From NCBI GenBank assembly GCA_016860985.1, contig BOKM01000001.1, forward strand, positions 463,462 through 527,461: a stretch of 64,000 nt of DNA. The letters run 5' to 3'. The position numbers and the translations under genes were made by a program. A model generated the notes under the pieces. That model was not told the DNA's origin. It worked only from the letters and a program-made list of their open reading frames with translations, and searched no databases. Positions 10,274 through 19,900 of the stretch are shown in pieces. Position 1 is the first letter of the stretch, and each line of letters starts with the position of its first letter. Origin of the DNA: Patescibacteria group bacterium. Its GTDB lineage: Bacteria; Patescibacteriota; Dojkabacteria; GCA-002793355.

Positions 10274-10293
10274 ATTGGACCAATTGTTCAAAG

Positions 10294-10699
10294 TGGAGGT
10301 GAGGGGAATCGAACCCCTGTTCAGCTATTCTAAAAAAGAAGTTTCTCCCAAAACAGTCTGAGTTGTTTACGAGATTATGCCTAAAAATCAGACAAAAAAG
10401 CATAACCCGCCCACACAAATACGATTCTGGCAACTCAGCGGAACTAGCGGCCAGTCGGCATGAACTTTCTTACTCCTGGCTCTCCGCTTGTCATGCGAAG
10501 GAGGAAAAGCCAGTTACGTCGAAATTAGACGTATGAGAATTGCATTGCTGGAGAAACAGCTTTGAGGGCTGAGTTCACGAACGATGCGATTTTCTCAGAA
10601 AGGGTTTGTTTGGCACTTTATGTGCTTTGATAGTTTAACGGGATATCAGCCCGTTTGGCTACTTCTTTCAACGAACAACCGTCTAAACCGATCACCCCC
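10294..10699 (-). ncRNA. ssrA: tmRNA (SsrA), one-piece
   Basis: The minus-strand RNA begins GGGGGUGAUCGGUUUAGACGG and ends GGGGUUCGAUUCCCCUCACCUCCA. The acceptor stem GGGGGUG/CACCUCC contains a G3:U70 pair followed by discriminator A, and CCA is not encoded. A PK1-like hairpin (ACGGG/CCCGU) is present. A TGaTATAAT box (hexamer at 10716-10721) lies upstream. Confidence 0.9.
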
Positions 10700-10772
10700 G
10701 GTTACGGAATAATGAATTATATCATTTTTCTGGGGTAAAATGCTATAATACCCATTATTTGACAACTATTAC

Positions 10773-11513
10773 ATGTCACCCTTTTGGCAAGCATTGTCGG
10801 GCATTCTCATCATCAGTTTTATACCTGTAGTTGGTGTTATAAGTCTGTGGCTCTCAAAAAAAACGCTGTCCCGTTATACGCATTTATTAGTGAGTTTTGC
10901 TGTAGGTGCACTTTTAGGAAATGCAATTATTCATCTACTCCCCGAAGTGTTTACAGAAGCAGAGAGAACCGAGATTGTACCCTTTCTCGTTATTGCTGGC
11001 ATACTTCTTTTCTATCTTTTGGAACAATTCCTGCGTTGGCACCATAGTCACGAACAACCCGAAACAGCAAAAGCACAATCAATCGCGACGATGAGCATTT
11101 TTGGCGATTCTGTTCATAACTTTCTTGATGGGCTTCTTATTGCCGGAAGTTTTATTGTTGATCCTCGTTTAGGGTGGTCTACCGTATTGGCAGTAATTCT
11201 TCACGAAATCCCACAGGAAATCGCGGACATAGGCATTCTTTTCTATGCAAAATGGCCTACTAAAAAAATACTCATTGCAAATATACTTTCAGGATTAATC
11301 GCTGGAGCCGGTGTTTTGGTCGGATTCATCGCAAATAATACATTTGAGGCGTTTGCGCCGTACTCGCTTGCTCTTACTGCAGGAGGGTTTATTTATATCG
11401 CGTGTACCGATCTTATTCCAGACCTTCACCAACACGGGGCAGAATCAACAAAAGAACGGCTAATCCAATTCTGTATGCTTCTTCTTGGATTAGGGCTTTT
11501 TGCGATACTCTAG
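10773..11513 (+). CDS. ZIP-family divalent metal (zinc) transporter
   Basis: Multi-TM protein with 'HNFLDG' and 'HEIPQEIADIGIL' ZIP signatures. TGcTATAAT at 10741-10749. Confidence 0.85.
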   Translation: MSPFWQALSGILIISFIPVVGVISLWLSKKTLSRYTHLLVSFAVGALLGNAIIHLLPEVFTEAERTEIVPFLVIAGILLFYLLEQFLRWHHSHEQPETAKAQSIATMSIFGDSVHNFLDGLLIAGSFIVDPRLGWSTVLAVILHEIPQEIADIGILFYAKWPTKKILIANILSGLIAGAGVLVGFIANNTFEAFAPYSLALTAGGFIYIACTDLIPDLHQHGAESTKERLIQFCMLLLGLGLFAIL

Positions 11514-11522
11514 CCGACAAAC

Positions 11523-14498
11523 TTATTCAGTGAGTCGGACAATCACATCTTCATTCCGTACAATGGTCTTGACCCACTTATCACCTTCCAACACAAATTC
11601 CTGCTCCCGAAGAAGCTGCTCAGAAATGAGTGAGTTATTTGCTCTCGTCACTATAACTCTAACTACTTCTGGTTCGTACCCAGATTGTTTAAAAAGCGAG
11701 AGTTGCTGTGGAATTGTAGTCATTGTGAATTCCAGAGTAACGGGCTTTGTTTCCTGAATTGCGATAACGGTTTCGCCAAGCAAATAGGGCACCTCTTTTG
11801 AGGTTTTATAAAACATTGGCTGCTTTGTATAACCTGAAGATTGCAAATAACTGAACTCTTGCGGCACATATACCCTTTGCACATTCACGTATTTACCCTC
11901 TGGATATCCCTCGCTTTTACTTTCGTTTGTATAAAGCATTGTCATTGTGGCCTTTTTGGTAACTTCATTCACAATAATATCTGTTGAGCGCTTTATATAT
12001 CGGTTAGCTTTGTTTCCTCCCCAATTCCAATCTACAGCGAACAGTGCACGCTGCTCCGGCAGAATTTTTCTGTATGTGTCGTAATAATCAAGCACGCGAG
12101 AACGAACTTCGTTGTTTGTGGAGTACACCATTATCGAACGTTGAGCGATTGCGTTCAGTAGAACTGTGATAATCTGCTGCTTTTGAGCTGCAGGAGCATT
12201 TGCCATTTTTTCCAAGAATTTTGGCATAAAGGTTGCAACTGCCTTTGTTTTTTCTTGCGATCCAGGCACAAATTCGGAATGTAAAACCCCGACCTTATCG
12301 TAAAGATTCGCTGCGTTTACCTCGCCAAGATTCTCTATCTCCACTCCTCCAATTACAGACAGAATATTTTTAACTACCTGAAAGGTCAATGAGATTGTAA
12401 CGTCATTCGCGTTTGAGACGCTCGCTTGCTTCATTAATTCGGTAACTTGAGAAGATACTTCGGACATTTCTGGACTCCAGTTACTTAGTGATGCTTTAAC
12501 TGTTTTGACACCTAGAGCTTTTTGCATATCAATCGGTGCAGGAACTCCAGAAATCAAGCCATCTACGTTATAAATGTCGTTGACGATAAGTTGTCGAACT
12601 TGCCCATTTTCGATTCCGAGCAAAGCATAGTTAGTAAACCACCCTCCAGTCGAGCGCAATTCTGTTTCGTTTTGAATCATGAGAAAGTAATTTCTTCTTT
12701 CTTTGTATCCAAGTAGGTATGGAATAAGATCGTAGGATTTTGCTACTTCTTCGATTGCAGCTGTATAGCCTGCTGATAACTCTTTAATTTTGTACACGTA
12801 ATTGCGAACAGGAGATGGAAAATCTAAAGGATTGAGGCGCTGAATTCTTGAGTTCCCAATTTTTGCATCTTGTACAGCCTGAGTAACGGCTGTTTGTTTT
12901 GCCATAATTTGGTCAATCTCTGTAAAGTAGTCGCGCGACACTGTACCAGCAGGGTTATTAGGAGAAACCTCGCTAAAGCCCTTTAAAATTGCAATCGCAG
13001 GGGCAAGAGAGTCAAGTGTGGTAGCACCACTTTCAACAAGAGATTTTGCACCATACAAGGCATTAGCGCCATTTTCGTAGAGTGCAGCTGAAGCTGGAAT
13101 ATATTTATAGTAACCAACAGCTTTATAGTCAGAAATCAAGCCATCCATCAAATCGGGTAACTCTGATGCATAGTTCTTAAGATTTTGCGATTCAAGAGAG
13201 GCAACATCTCGAGAGAGTACACTCGCGATTCTTCCCATCTTATAAATAGTCACACCAGCATGCACATATGGTGTTGCCACAAAAAATACAAGAATAAAGA
13301 CGACAAGTGCAATAATTTGCTTTGCTTTTGCATCTTTTTGAACCTGAGACTTTTTCTTTGTACGAGGTTTTGTAAACGAAAGCACAAAGAGTACAGGTTC
13401 TAATACTAATTTTTTGTAGAGCAAGGCAAAGAGACTTTCAGAAGTATTACCAAAACTCTTCGAAACGGGCTGCTGTTTTTCAGTTGCTGGCGGCTGGGGT
13501 GCTACTCCCGCTACTGGCTTCCAAGGAACATTAAGTTGCGTTGCCATTGCATCAACTGTTTCTGCTAGTGCTTGTTCTAACGGAATTTGAGGTTCCCACC
13601 CAAGGCTCAATACAGAAGGAGCTAAACAAATTTCTTTAAGATGAGCAACCTTATCATGATCAGGCAATACTTCGTTGAAAACCACTTGCTTCTCTTCTGA
13701 GGTAAGCTCGAGTAATTGGTAGGCCAAACTTAGTGAAGTAAAGGGGTGATTATACGCAGCAAGGTAAGTTTTCCCTTTTGCCTCGGGCGAAAAAGCAGCT
13801 TTCAACACGGCATATACGGCATCTTCGGTATGAACCAAAAAGTTCTGCTGCATTCCATCGCCAAAAACGTTGATTTTGCTTCGCACAAGTACTTCTCGAA
13901 CTAAGCGGGCGGTATAGGTTGGCGATGCTAAATCAGAATCGTGACCAATAAGTTCACCAATTCTAACGATTCTAGCATTTACATTGTTTCTTTCGACATA
14001 TTCTTGGACCAACGATTCTGCATATTTTTGAATTTGTATATTCGACTCAGGAATTGCCTCCAAGAACTGACTAATATATCCAGAAGTAATGAGTGTAAAC
14101 GTTGCTTCAAAAGAAACCGTTAACTTCATGTACGCATCAATTCGGTTGGACTCCCTAATAAATTCTTTATGATCAATTTTGTCGATTTCCATACTTTCTG
14201 CAAGAACTTCAGGGTACGAGCTACCAGCAGAAAGTTGGGCAAGAAAATAATAGACGTAGTCAATCTTTTTGAACTTACCAATATTCTTAAAGGTACTTTC
14301 AGAATCCATAAATAAACAATCAGACCGGTTCAACAAGTCGCCGAGTAGCTGTCGTTTTCCTGGATTCAGTTTATCGATCAACAATAGACGGCTTCCCTGT
14401 TCCAATAGAATTCGTGCCAGTTTTATTGCAACTGGGTTCGCAATATTGACCAGTACGGTAATCGGTGCAGATGATTTTGTAAATTGGTCGATTGTCAT
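11523..14498 (-). CDS. Fusion protein: degenerate NAD-epimerase/dehydratase-like domain, TM segment, DUF4012-like extracytoplasmic domain
   Basis: The N-terminal ~330 aa have an SDR/epimerase-like layout, but 'VLVNIANPVAIKLA' replaces the GxxGxxG motif. There is one TM segment ('IIALVVFILVFFVATPYV'). The C-terminal part contains 'YFLMIQNETELRSTGGW', which resembles the DUF4012 core. Confidence 0.7.
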   Translation of the reverse strand: MTIDQFTKSSAPITVLVNIANPVAIKLARILLEQGSRLLLIDKLNPGKRQLLGDLLNRSDCLFMDSESTFKNIGKFKKIDYVYYFLAQLSAGSSYPEVLAESMEIDKIDHKEFIRESNRIDAYMKLTVSFEATFTLITSGYISQFLEAIPESNIQIQKYAESLVQEYVERNNVNARIVRIGELIGHDSDLASPTYTARLVREVLVRSKINVFGDGMQQNFLVHTEDAVYAVLKAAFSPEAKGKTYLAAYNHPFTSLSLAYQLLELTSEEKQVVFNEVLPDHDKVAHLKEICLAPSVLSLGWEPQIPLEQALAETVDAMATQLNVPWKPVAGVAPQPPATEKQQPVSKSFGNTSESLFALLYKKLVLEPVLFVLSFTKPRTKKKSQVQKDAKAKQIIALVVFILVFFVATPYVHAGVTIYKMGRIASVLSRDVASLESQNLKNYASELPDLMDGLISDYKAVGYYKYIPASAALYENGANALYGAKSLVESGATTLDSLAPAIAILKGFSEVSPNNPAGTVSRDYFTEIDQIMAKQTAVTQAVQDAKIGNSRIQRLNPLDFPSPVRNYVYKIKELSAGYTAAIEEVAKSYDLIPYLLGYKERRNYFLMIQNETELRSTGGWFTNYALLGIENGQVRQLIVNDIYNVDGLISGVPAPIDMQKALGVKTVKASLSNWSPEMSEVSSQVTELMKQASVSNANDVTISLTFQVVKNILSVIGGVEIENLGEVNAANLYDKVGVLHSEFVPGSQEKTKAVATFMPKFLEKMANAPAAQKQQIITVLLNAIAQRSIMVYSTNNEVRSRVLDYYDTYRKILPEQRALFAVDWNWGGNKANRYIKRSTDIIVNEVTKKATMTMLYTNESKSEGYPEGKYVNVQRVYVPQEFSYLQSSGYTKQPMFYKTSKEVPYLLGETVIAIQETKPVTLEFTMTTIPQQLSLFKQSGYEPEVVRVIVTRANNSLISEQLLREQEFVLEGDKWVKTIVRNEDVIVRLTE

Positions 14499-15265
14499 TA
14501 TTTTTCGAGATTCAGTTGATATTGATACAATTTTGATTCGATTGTAATTAATTTGTCGTCTACGACTGTAATATCAAGGAGCACCGGTTTATAGCCCACC
14601 TTTTCAAGAAGAAGTTGGTGTACTCCGGCAGGGATATTTTCGTTTATATACGGCGTCGTTCCAACTTGCTTTCCATCTACAGATACAGATACGCCCTGTG
14701 GCAATGCTTTTACAATTAACTGAGCATCTTCGGGTGACCTGTCTTGTGCAGAAATAATTGTATAACTAAAAAGGCTTGAGTCAGGAGCAATGTTCGTTTT
14801 TATAATTGTTGTATTTCCTGGAAATATTTCAAAGCCAAGCGATTGCTCTTTAAAATAATTATTCACGTTATCAACCGCTTGGATAGTAAGCGTGTGCTTA
14901 CCTGCTGGAATATTCTCTCCAGTGAAGGGGGTCTGTCCAAGTGTTTTGCCATCTAGTTGCAGCTGCGTACGAACATATTCAGAAGACACAATCAGCGTGC
15001 CATTCCCTTCTTGAATGGGTGCGAATAATTTTCGTACCGGATCAAGCACGCCACTCACACTAACTAAAACGACGAGCGCAAAAGCAAGAAGAGCAACCTT
15101 TAAACCATATTGTACGAACTTGATACCTTTTCTTGATGCAACACGCGTGGGATAAAGCCCAGCTTCGATTGATTCTGTTACCTGCTTTTGTTGCTGAACT
15201 TTGTAGGTCATTACTCGCTGTTCAGGGACTGATTCTTTTTTTTTGCGTGAACGAAAGAGAGGCAT
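14498..15265 (-). CDS. PEGA-domain membrane-anchored protein
   Basis: One TM segment followed by two PEGA-like repeats ('LDGKTLGQTPFTGENIPAGKHTLTI' and 'VDGKQVGTTPYINENIPAGVHQLLLEKVGYKP'). Confidence 0.8.
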   Translation of the reverse strand: MPLFRSRKKKESVPEQRVMTYKVQQQKQVTESIEAGLYPTRVASRKGIKFVQYGLKVALLAFALVVLVSVSGVLDPVRKLFAPIQEGNGTLIVSSEYVRTQLQLDGKTLGQTPFTGENIPAGKHTLTIQAVDNVNNYFKEQSLGFEIFPGNTTIIKTNIAPDSSLFSYTIISAQDRSPEDAQLIVKALPQGVSVSVDGKQVGTTPYINENIPAGVHQLLLEKVGYKPVLLDITVVDDKLITIESKLYQYQLNLEK

Positions 15266-15357
15266 GAGTCAGTATAGCATTATATTGGGCAAAATATAAA
15301 GAAATCCTCTTTATAGTATAGTTGCGATTGGCCACATGTGTGCTTTGAAATGGGGAG

Positions 15358-16689
15358 TTATTTTTTAATCTGTGCACGAAAATCCTGTTCCATCACTTTC
15401 TTTCGATATTTGTTGGCAAAACGATGGGCTTCATCTCTAAGTTCACGCAAATGGAGGTAGCCAATATTTGATTTTTCAACTTTTGTGACTCGCCACTTAC
15501 CCTCGACCTTTTTTAGAAAAAAGTCATTTGGTTTAAAGATTCCTACGATAGGGACATTCTCAAATGGAGTACCTTTGACGGCATCAATAACAGCACCTAC
15601 TTGCCCCTTTCCACCATCGATCAGAAGCAAATCGGGTAATCGCCAGGCTCGCTTGATTCTTCGGCCTAGAATTTCTTTCATCATCCAAAAGTCCGAAATA
15701 CCTGTTGTATATTTAATTCTGAATTTTCGGTACTGATCTTTAGCTAGCTTTCCGCCCTCGCTCACAACCATAGAGCCTACAGTCCATTTTTCCATGATAT
15801 TTGAGATATCGTAGCATTCTATTCGTTCGGCGGAAGGAAGTTCCAAAAATTGCGCTATATCGTCAGCCCGCCGTTTGTACACATCCACCAAGAGGTTCGG
15901 GTTATCAACATACTGGTCAGGAAGAATACTCGCGGTTTCCAATTGATGTAACTTCGAAAGTGTATCTCTAATTTCTTTTGCTTTCTCGTAATCCTCGGTT
16001 TGCGCAAGCATCCTCATCTCTTTCTCTAGCTCCTCGATTGCGGTGGAATATCCTTTTTTTAGAAACATTTCTAAACCAAGAATATTCTTTCTATTTTCCT
16101 GATATTTAGCGATATCTCCACAGGCGCCGGTGCACAAACCAATATGCGCGTACATACAAGCTCGGTGCTGTTTTAATGATTGAGTAAGCTTGGTTTTAGG
16201 ATATTCACAATGAGGGTAAATTCGTCTTAAATGCTTTAGTACTTGGATGACGAGCGAACCATCAGGAAAAGGACCGTAAAAACGAGTCCTTTTCAAACTC
16301 CTTCCATGAACACCAAAAATTTTTGAAAATGTGTATTTCTTACCTTCGAATAAAACATCAAAATCTTGCACCGCAATATATTTATATGACTTATCGTCTT
16401 TTAACGAGATATTATAGTGTGGTTTATACCGTTTAATGAGCTCTGCTTCAAGTAAGAAGGCCTCGATTTCGGAGCGGACTTGAATAATATCGAGGTCAAC
16501 AATCTGCGACACAAGCGCTTCGGTTTTGGGACCTTTGTATGTATCTACGAAATAACTTGAAACACGATTTTTTAAGTTTTTTGCTTTACCAACATAAATA
16601 ATTTTCCGCTTTTCGTTGTAGTAAAGGTAACACCCTGCGGTGGTTGGAAGGTTGGCTAATTTTTTTTGGAGTTTTATTGAGAGTACCAC
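15358..16689 (-). CDS. uvrC: Excinuclease ABC subunit C, short form lacking the C-terminal (HhH)2 domain
   Basis: GIY-YIG ('GCYLYYNEKRKIIYVGKAKNLKNRVSSYF'), a UVR motif region, and a C-terminal endonuclease domain ('ECYDISN...DGGKGQ...RDEAHRFA'). The protein stops at 443 aa. GTG start with TATAAT 5 nt upstream. Confidence 0.88.
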   Translation of the reverse strand: MVLSIKLQKKLANLPTTAGCYLYYNEKRKIIYVGKAKNLKNRVSSYFVDTYKGPKTEALVSQIVDLDIIQVRSEIEAFLLEAELIKRYKPHYNISLKDDKSYKYIAVQDFDVLFEGKKYTFSKIFGVHGRSLKRTRFYGPFPDGSLVIQVLKHLRRIYPHCEYPKTKLTQSLKQHRACMYAHIGLCTGACGDIAKYQENRKNILGLEMFLKKGYSTAIEELEKEMRMLAQTEDYEKAKEIRDTLSKLHQLETASILPDQYVDNPNLLVDVYKRRADDIAQFLELPSAERIECYDISNIMEKWTVGSMVVSEGGKLAKDQYRKFRIKYTTGISDFWMMKEILGRRIKRAWRLPDLLLIDGGKGQVGAVIDAVKGTPFENVPIVGIFKPNDFFLKKVEGKWRVTKVEKSNIGYLHLRELRDEAHRFANKYRKKVMEQDFRAQIKK

Positions 16690-16715
16690 AGAGAATTATA
16701 CTATTTCTCAATTGT

Positions 16716-16994
16716 TTACGAATCTTCGAGTTCTTGCTTGGCTGCTTCCCAATCCATGTTTGGAGTGACTGTGATTTGCAGACTCGTTCCATCGGCATTC
16801 AGTTGCCTTACATCAGTGACAACTTTACAAATTCTGTGTGCAAACTGACAACCCACACATCCCTGATCAGCAAGCACTTTATCTATTGCTGCTGCTTCAT
16901 CGGGAAGAAAGGGTGGTTCTCCTATTCCGACTCGATGAGTATTTTCTTCATTCTCACACGGCATTTTTTCTAAAATTTCCCATTCAGTAGCCAT
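16716..16994 (-). CDS. Small acidic Cys-containing hypothetical protein
   Basis: 92-aa ORF that fills the uvrA-uvrC gap exactly on the same strand (3 nt after the uvrA stop). It contains 'GCVGC' plus two further Cys residues. No family recognised. Confidence 0.5.
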   Translation of the reverse strand: MATEWEILEKMPCENEENTHRVGIGEPPFLPDEAAAIDKVLADQGCVGCQFAHRICKVVTDVRQLNADGTSLQITVTPNMDWEAAKQELEDS

Positions 16995-16997
16995 GTT

Positions 16998-19900
16998 TTA
17001 CTCCGCAATATCTAACTCTTTAAGCATCTTACCCGTCCAACTCCTTGGATTTCGTCTAATGTCACCTATTGTGCCTGTCGCTACGATTTCTCCACCACCA
17101 GTTCCACCTTCGGGACCTAAATCGATGAGATAGTCAGCTTCCGCGATAAAGTCGAGGTTATGTTCAATTACAAAAACACTATTCCCTGTCGCAACTAAGG
17201 TTTTTAATACTGCTACCAGTTTCTCAATATCTGCAAAATGCAGACCAGTAGTTGGTTCATCAAGGATGTAGATTGTTTTACCTGTCGAACGCCTTCCAAG
17301 TTCTGCTGATAACTTCACTCTTTGTGCCTCTCCACCCGACAACATTGGGGCTGGCTCTCCAAGCTTCAAATAGCCAAGCCCTACTTGCTGAAGCATTTCG
17401 AATTTTTCTCGAATCATCGAGATTTCTGAAAAGAAAGCAGCAGCTTCATCTACCGACATATCCAACACATCTGCAATATTCTTTCCTTTGTACAACACTT
17501 CTAGAACCTCAGACACATATCGCTTACCGTGACAAACATCACAGTCAATATACACATCGGGCATAAACTGCATTTCGATCTTTATCTTACCCTCTCCTTT
17601 ACAGGCTTCACAACGACCACCTTTCAGGTTGAAACTAAAGCGACTTGCGGTGTAACCTCGCACTTTGGAATCCTTTGTTTGAGCAAAAAGTTCTCGAATA
17701 TCGTCGAAAACCTTTGTGTATGTTGCAGGATTACTTCTTGGTGTTCTACCAATTGGCGACTGATCAATGTAAAGGAGCTTGTCAATAACATCCGATACGT
17801 ATAGGTTTCTGTATTCTGTGTCGGGGCTATCTGTTCTCAGACCAAGAGTCTTTTTGATAGCAGGCAACAAGGTTTCCACCACAAGGGAGCTCTTTCCTGA
17901 ACCTGAAACACCAGTTATTGCAACAAATTTTCCGAGCGGAAACTTAACCGTTACATCTTTTAGATTGTGTGTTTTTGCCCCAGAAAGCTCTAAATACCGG
18001 TCAGCTACGCGCATTCGGGCATGTGACGCAAGAGCATCGTTTAATTTTTTGTTCTTACCAAGCCCTAACTTCACGAGTTTTTCGACTTCTTTTGCAATTG
18101 TTTTCTTACCAGCTAAGTACGGGCCAGTTACAGATTCGGGGTTGTCCATAATCTCTTTTGGCGTACCCATAGCAACGATTTTTCCTCCACGATCTCCTGC
18201 ACCCTTACCAAAATCAAGTACAAGATCTGCATTCATCATGGTATCTCTGTCGTGCTCAACAACGATCACAGTATTTCCCAAATCACGAAGATGCTTTAAT
18301 GTCGCGATTAATCGATGTTGATCTCGTGCATGCAGCCCAATCGAAGGTTCATCTAGTACGTAAATTACCCCCGAAAGGCCTGTTCCAATCTGACTCGCAA
18401 GGCGAATTCGCTGTGCTTCTCCACCAGAAAGCGTAGTTGCAGTTCTACTCACGGTTAAGTATTCAAGCCCCACGTCTAATAGAAATTGCGAACGAAGGAG
18501 GATTTCTCGAATTACTGGTTGTGCAATTGTCTGAGCTTTTGAATCAAATTCTTTAATAAATCCCTTGGTCTCATCTGTAAACTCTTTGATGGTTAAATCG
18601 CAAAGCTGGGAGATATTTAGATTATTAATGGTTACCGCAAGCACAATATCTTTAAGCCTTGTTCCTTTACAAGTTGGGCACGTAACCGTACTCATAAACT
18701 TCTCAATTTCGGTTCGAATAAAATCTGAATTTGTTTCTTTATACCTGCGCTCTAAGTTCGGAATTATCCCCTCGTATTTGGCATGAAGCGAGCGTTCTGT
18801 TCCGTCTTGGCTCGAAAAGTACGTTACTTTGTACTTTTGATCTCCCGTTCCGTAAAGAATCAGGTGTAATTTACCCTCAGTAAGCATACTCACTGGCGTA
18901 TGAATCGAAATAGTGTGTGCATCACAGACTAGTTCAAGCAACCTTCTAAAGTAAGAATCTCTCTCAAGCATTTTTGCGTACGGCATGATGCCACCTGCAA
19001 GTATCGAACGCTTTCCGTCGATAATTCCCTCTGTTGATATCTTCTTTATAACGCCAAGTCCATCACATTCAGGGCAGGCACCGTGTGGGGAATTAAAGGA
19101 AAAATCTCTAGGTTCAAGATCAGGAACAGAAATACCGCATTTTTTACAACTTTTGGTAACGCTATAATCGTGGGAAAGTACTGAGGTTGGACGAGCAGGT
19201 ATTCCCGGTTGTGGATCTCTTATTTCTAAAATTCGAACAAAGGTTGGTTGAATTTTAAGTGCGGCCTCAACTGATTGAAATATTCTTGAGCGCATTTCTT
19301 TTAGCGCTTCTTCTGAATCAAAGAGCGTTTTGCTCACACTTAAGGTGTCGACTACTACTTCTATTTCGTGTTGCTTGTACTTGTCGAGCTGTGGCAACAT
19401 TAATTTCAAGTCAATATATTCACCATCAACTCGAACAACATTCCACCCCTGTTTTCGCAAGTTCATAAATACCTGCTCATATTCACCTTTTCTTCCAGAA
19501 ATTGGAACTGCGGTAATCATAAAGCGGAACCCAAATTTTTGAGTATTTTTATCGTTTTCGTATTCGCGTTTTATCTTCTGCAATAAACCATCTACTACCT
19601 GGTCAATTGTTTGGGAGGTAAGTACCGCCCCACATTGTGGACAATGCGCAACACCGACTCTCGCGTACAACAATCGTAGGTAATCATAGATCTCGGTGAT
19701 TGTACCAACAGTCGAACGAGGATTATGTGATACCGTTTTCTGGTCAATAGCTATAGAGGGTGACAATCCTTCAATTTTATCGACATCTGGCTTACGTAGT
19801 TCACCCAAGAATTGCCTTGCATATGCAGATAAGCTCTCCACATATTTTCGCTGGCCTTCGGCATAAATGGTATCCATTGCAAGTGAGCTCTTGCCAGACC

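Noticed and set aside
7500-10700. Genomic island or prophage remnant integrated at the tmRNA gene
   Set aside because: There is no integrase, no phage genes, and no second copy of the tmRNA 3' end that I could spot by eye. The adjacency alone is insufficient.
16586-16973. 70-aa (-) and 109-aa (+) ORFs around the uvrC start and the small Cys-protein gene
   Set aside because: They overlap the better-supported uvrC 5' end and the 92-aa same-strand ORF. They have no motifs.
17779-18321. 180-aa plus-strand ORF, together with several other 60-104-aa ORFs between 17252 and 19542
   Set aside because: They lie entirely antisense to the strongly conserved uvrA coding sequence. Their products are low-complexity with no motifs, so they are most likely shadow ORFs.
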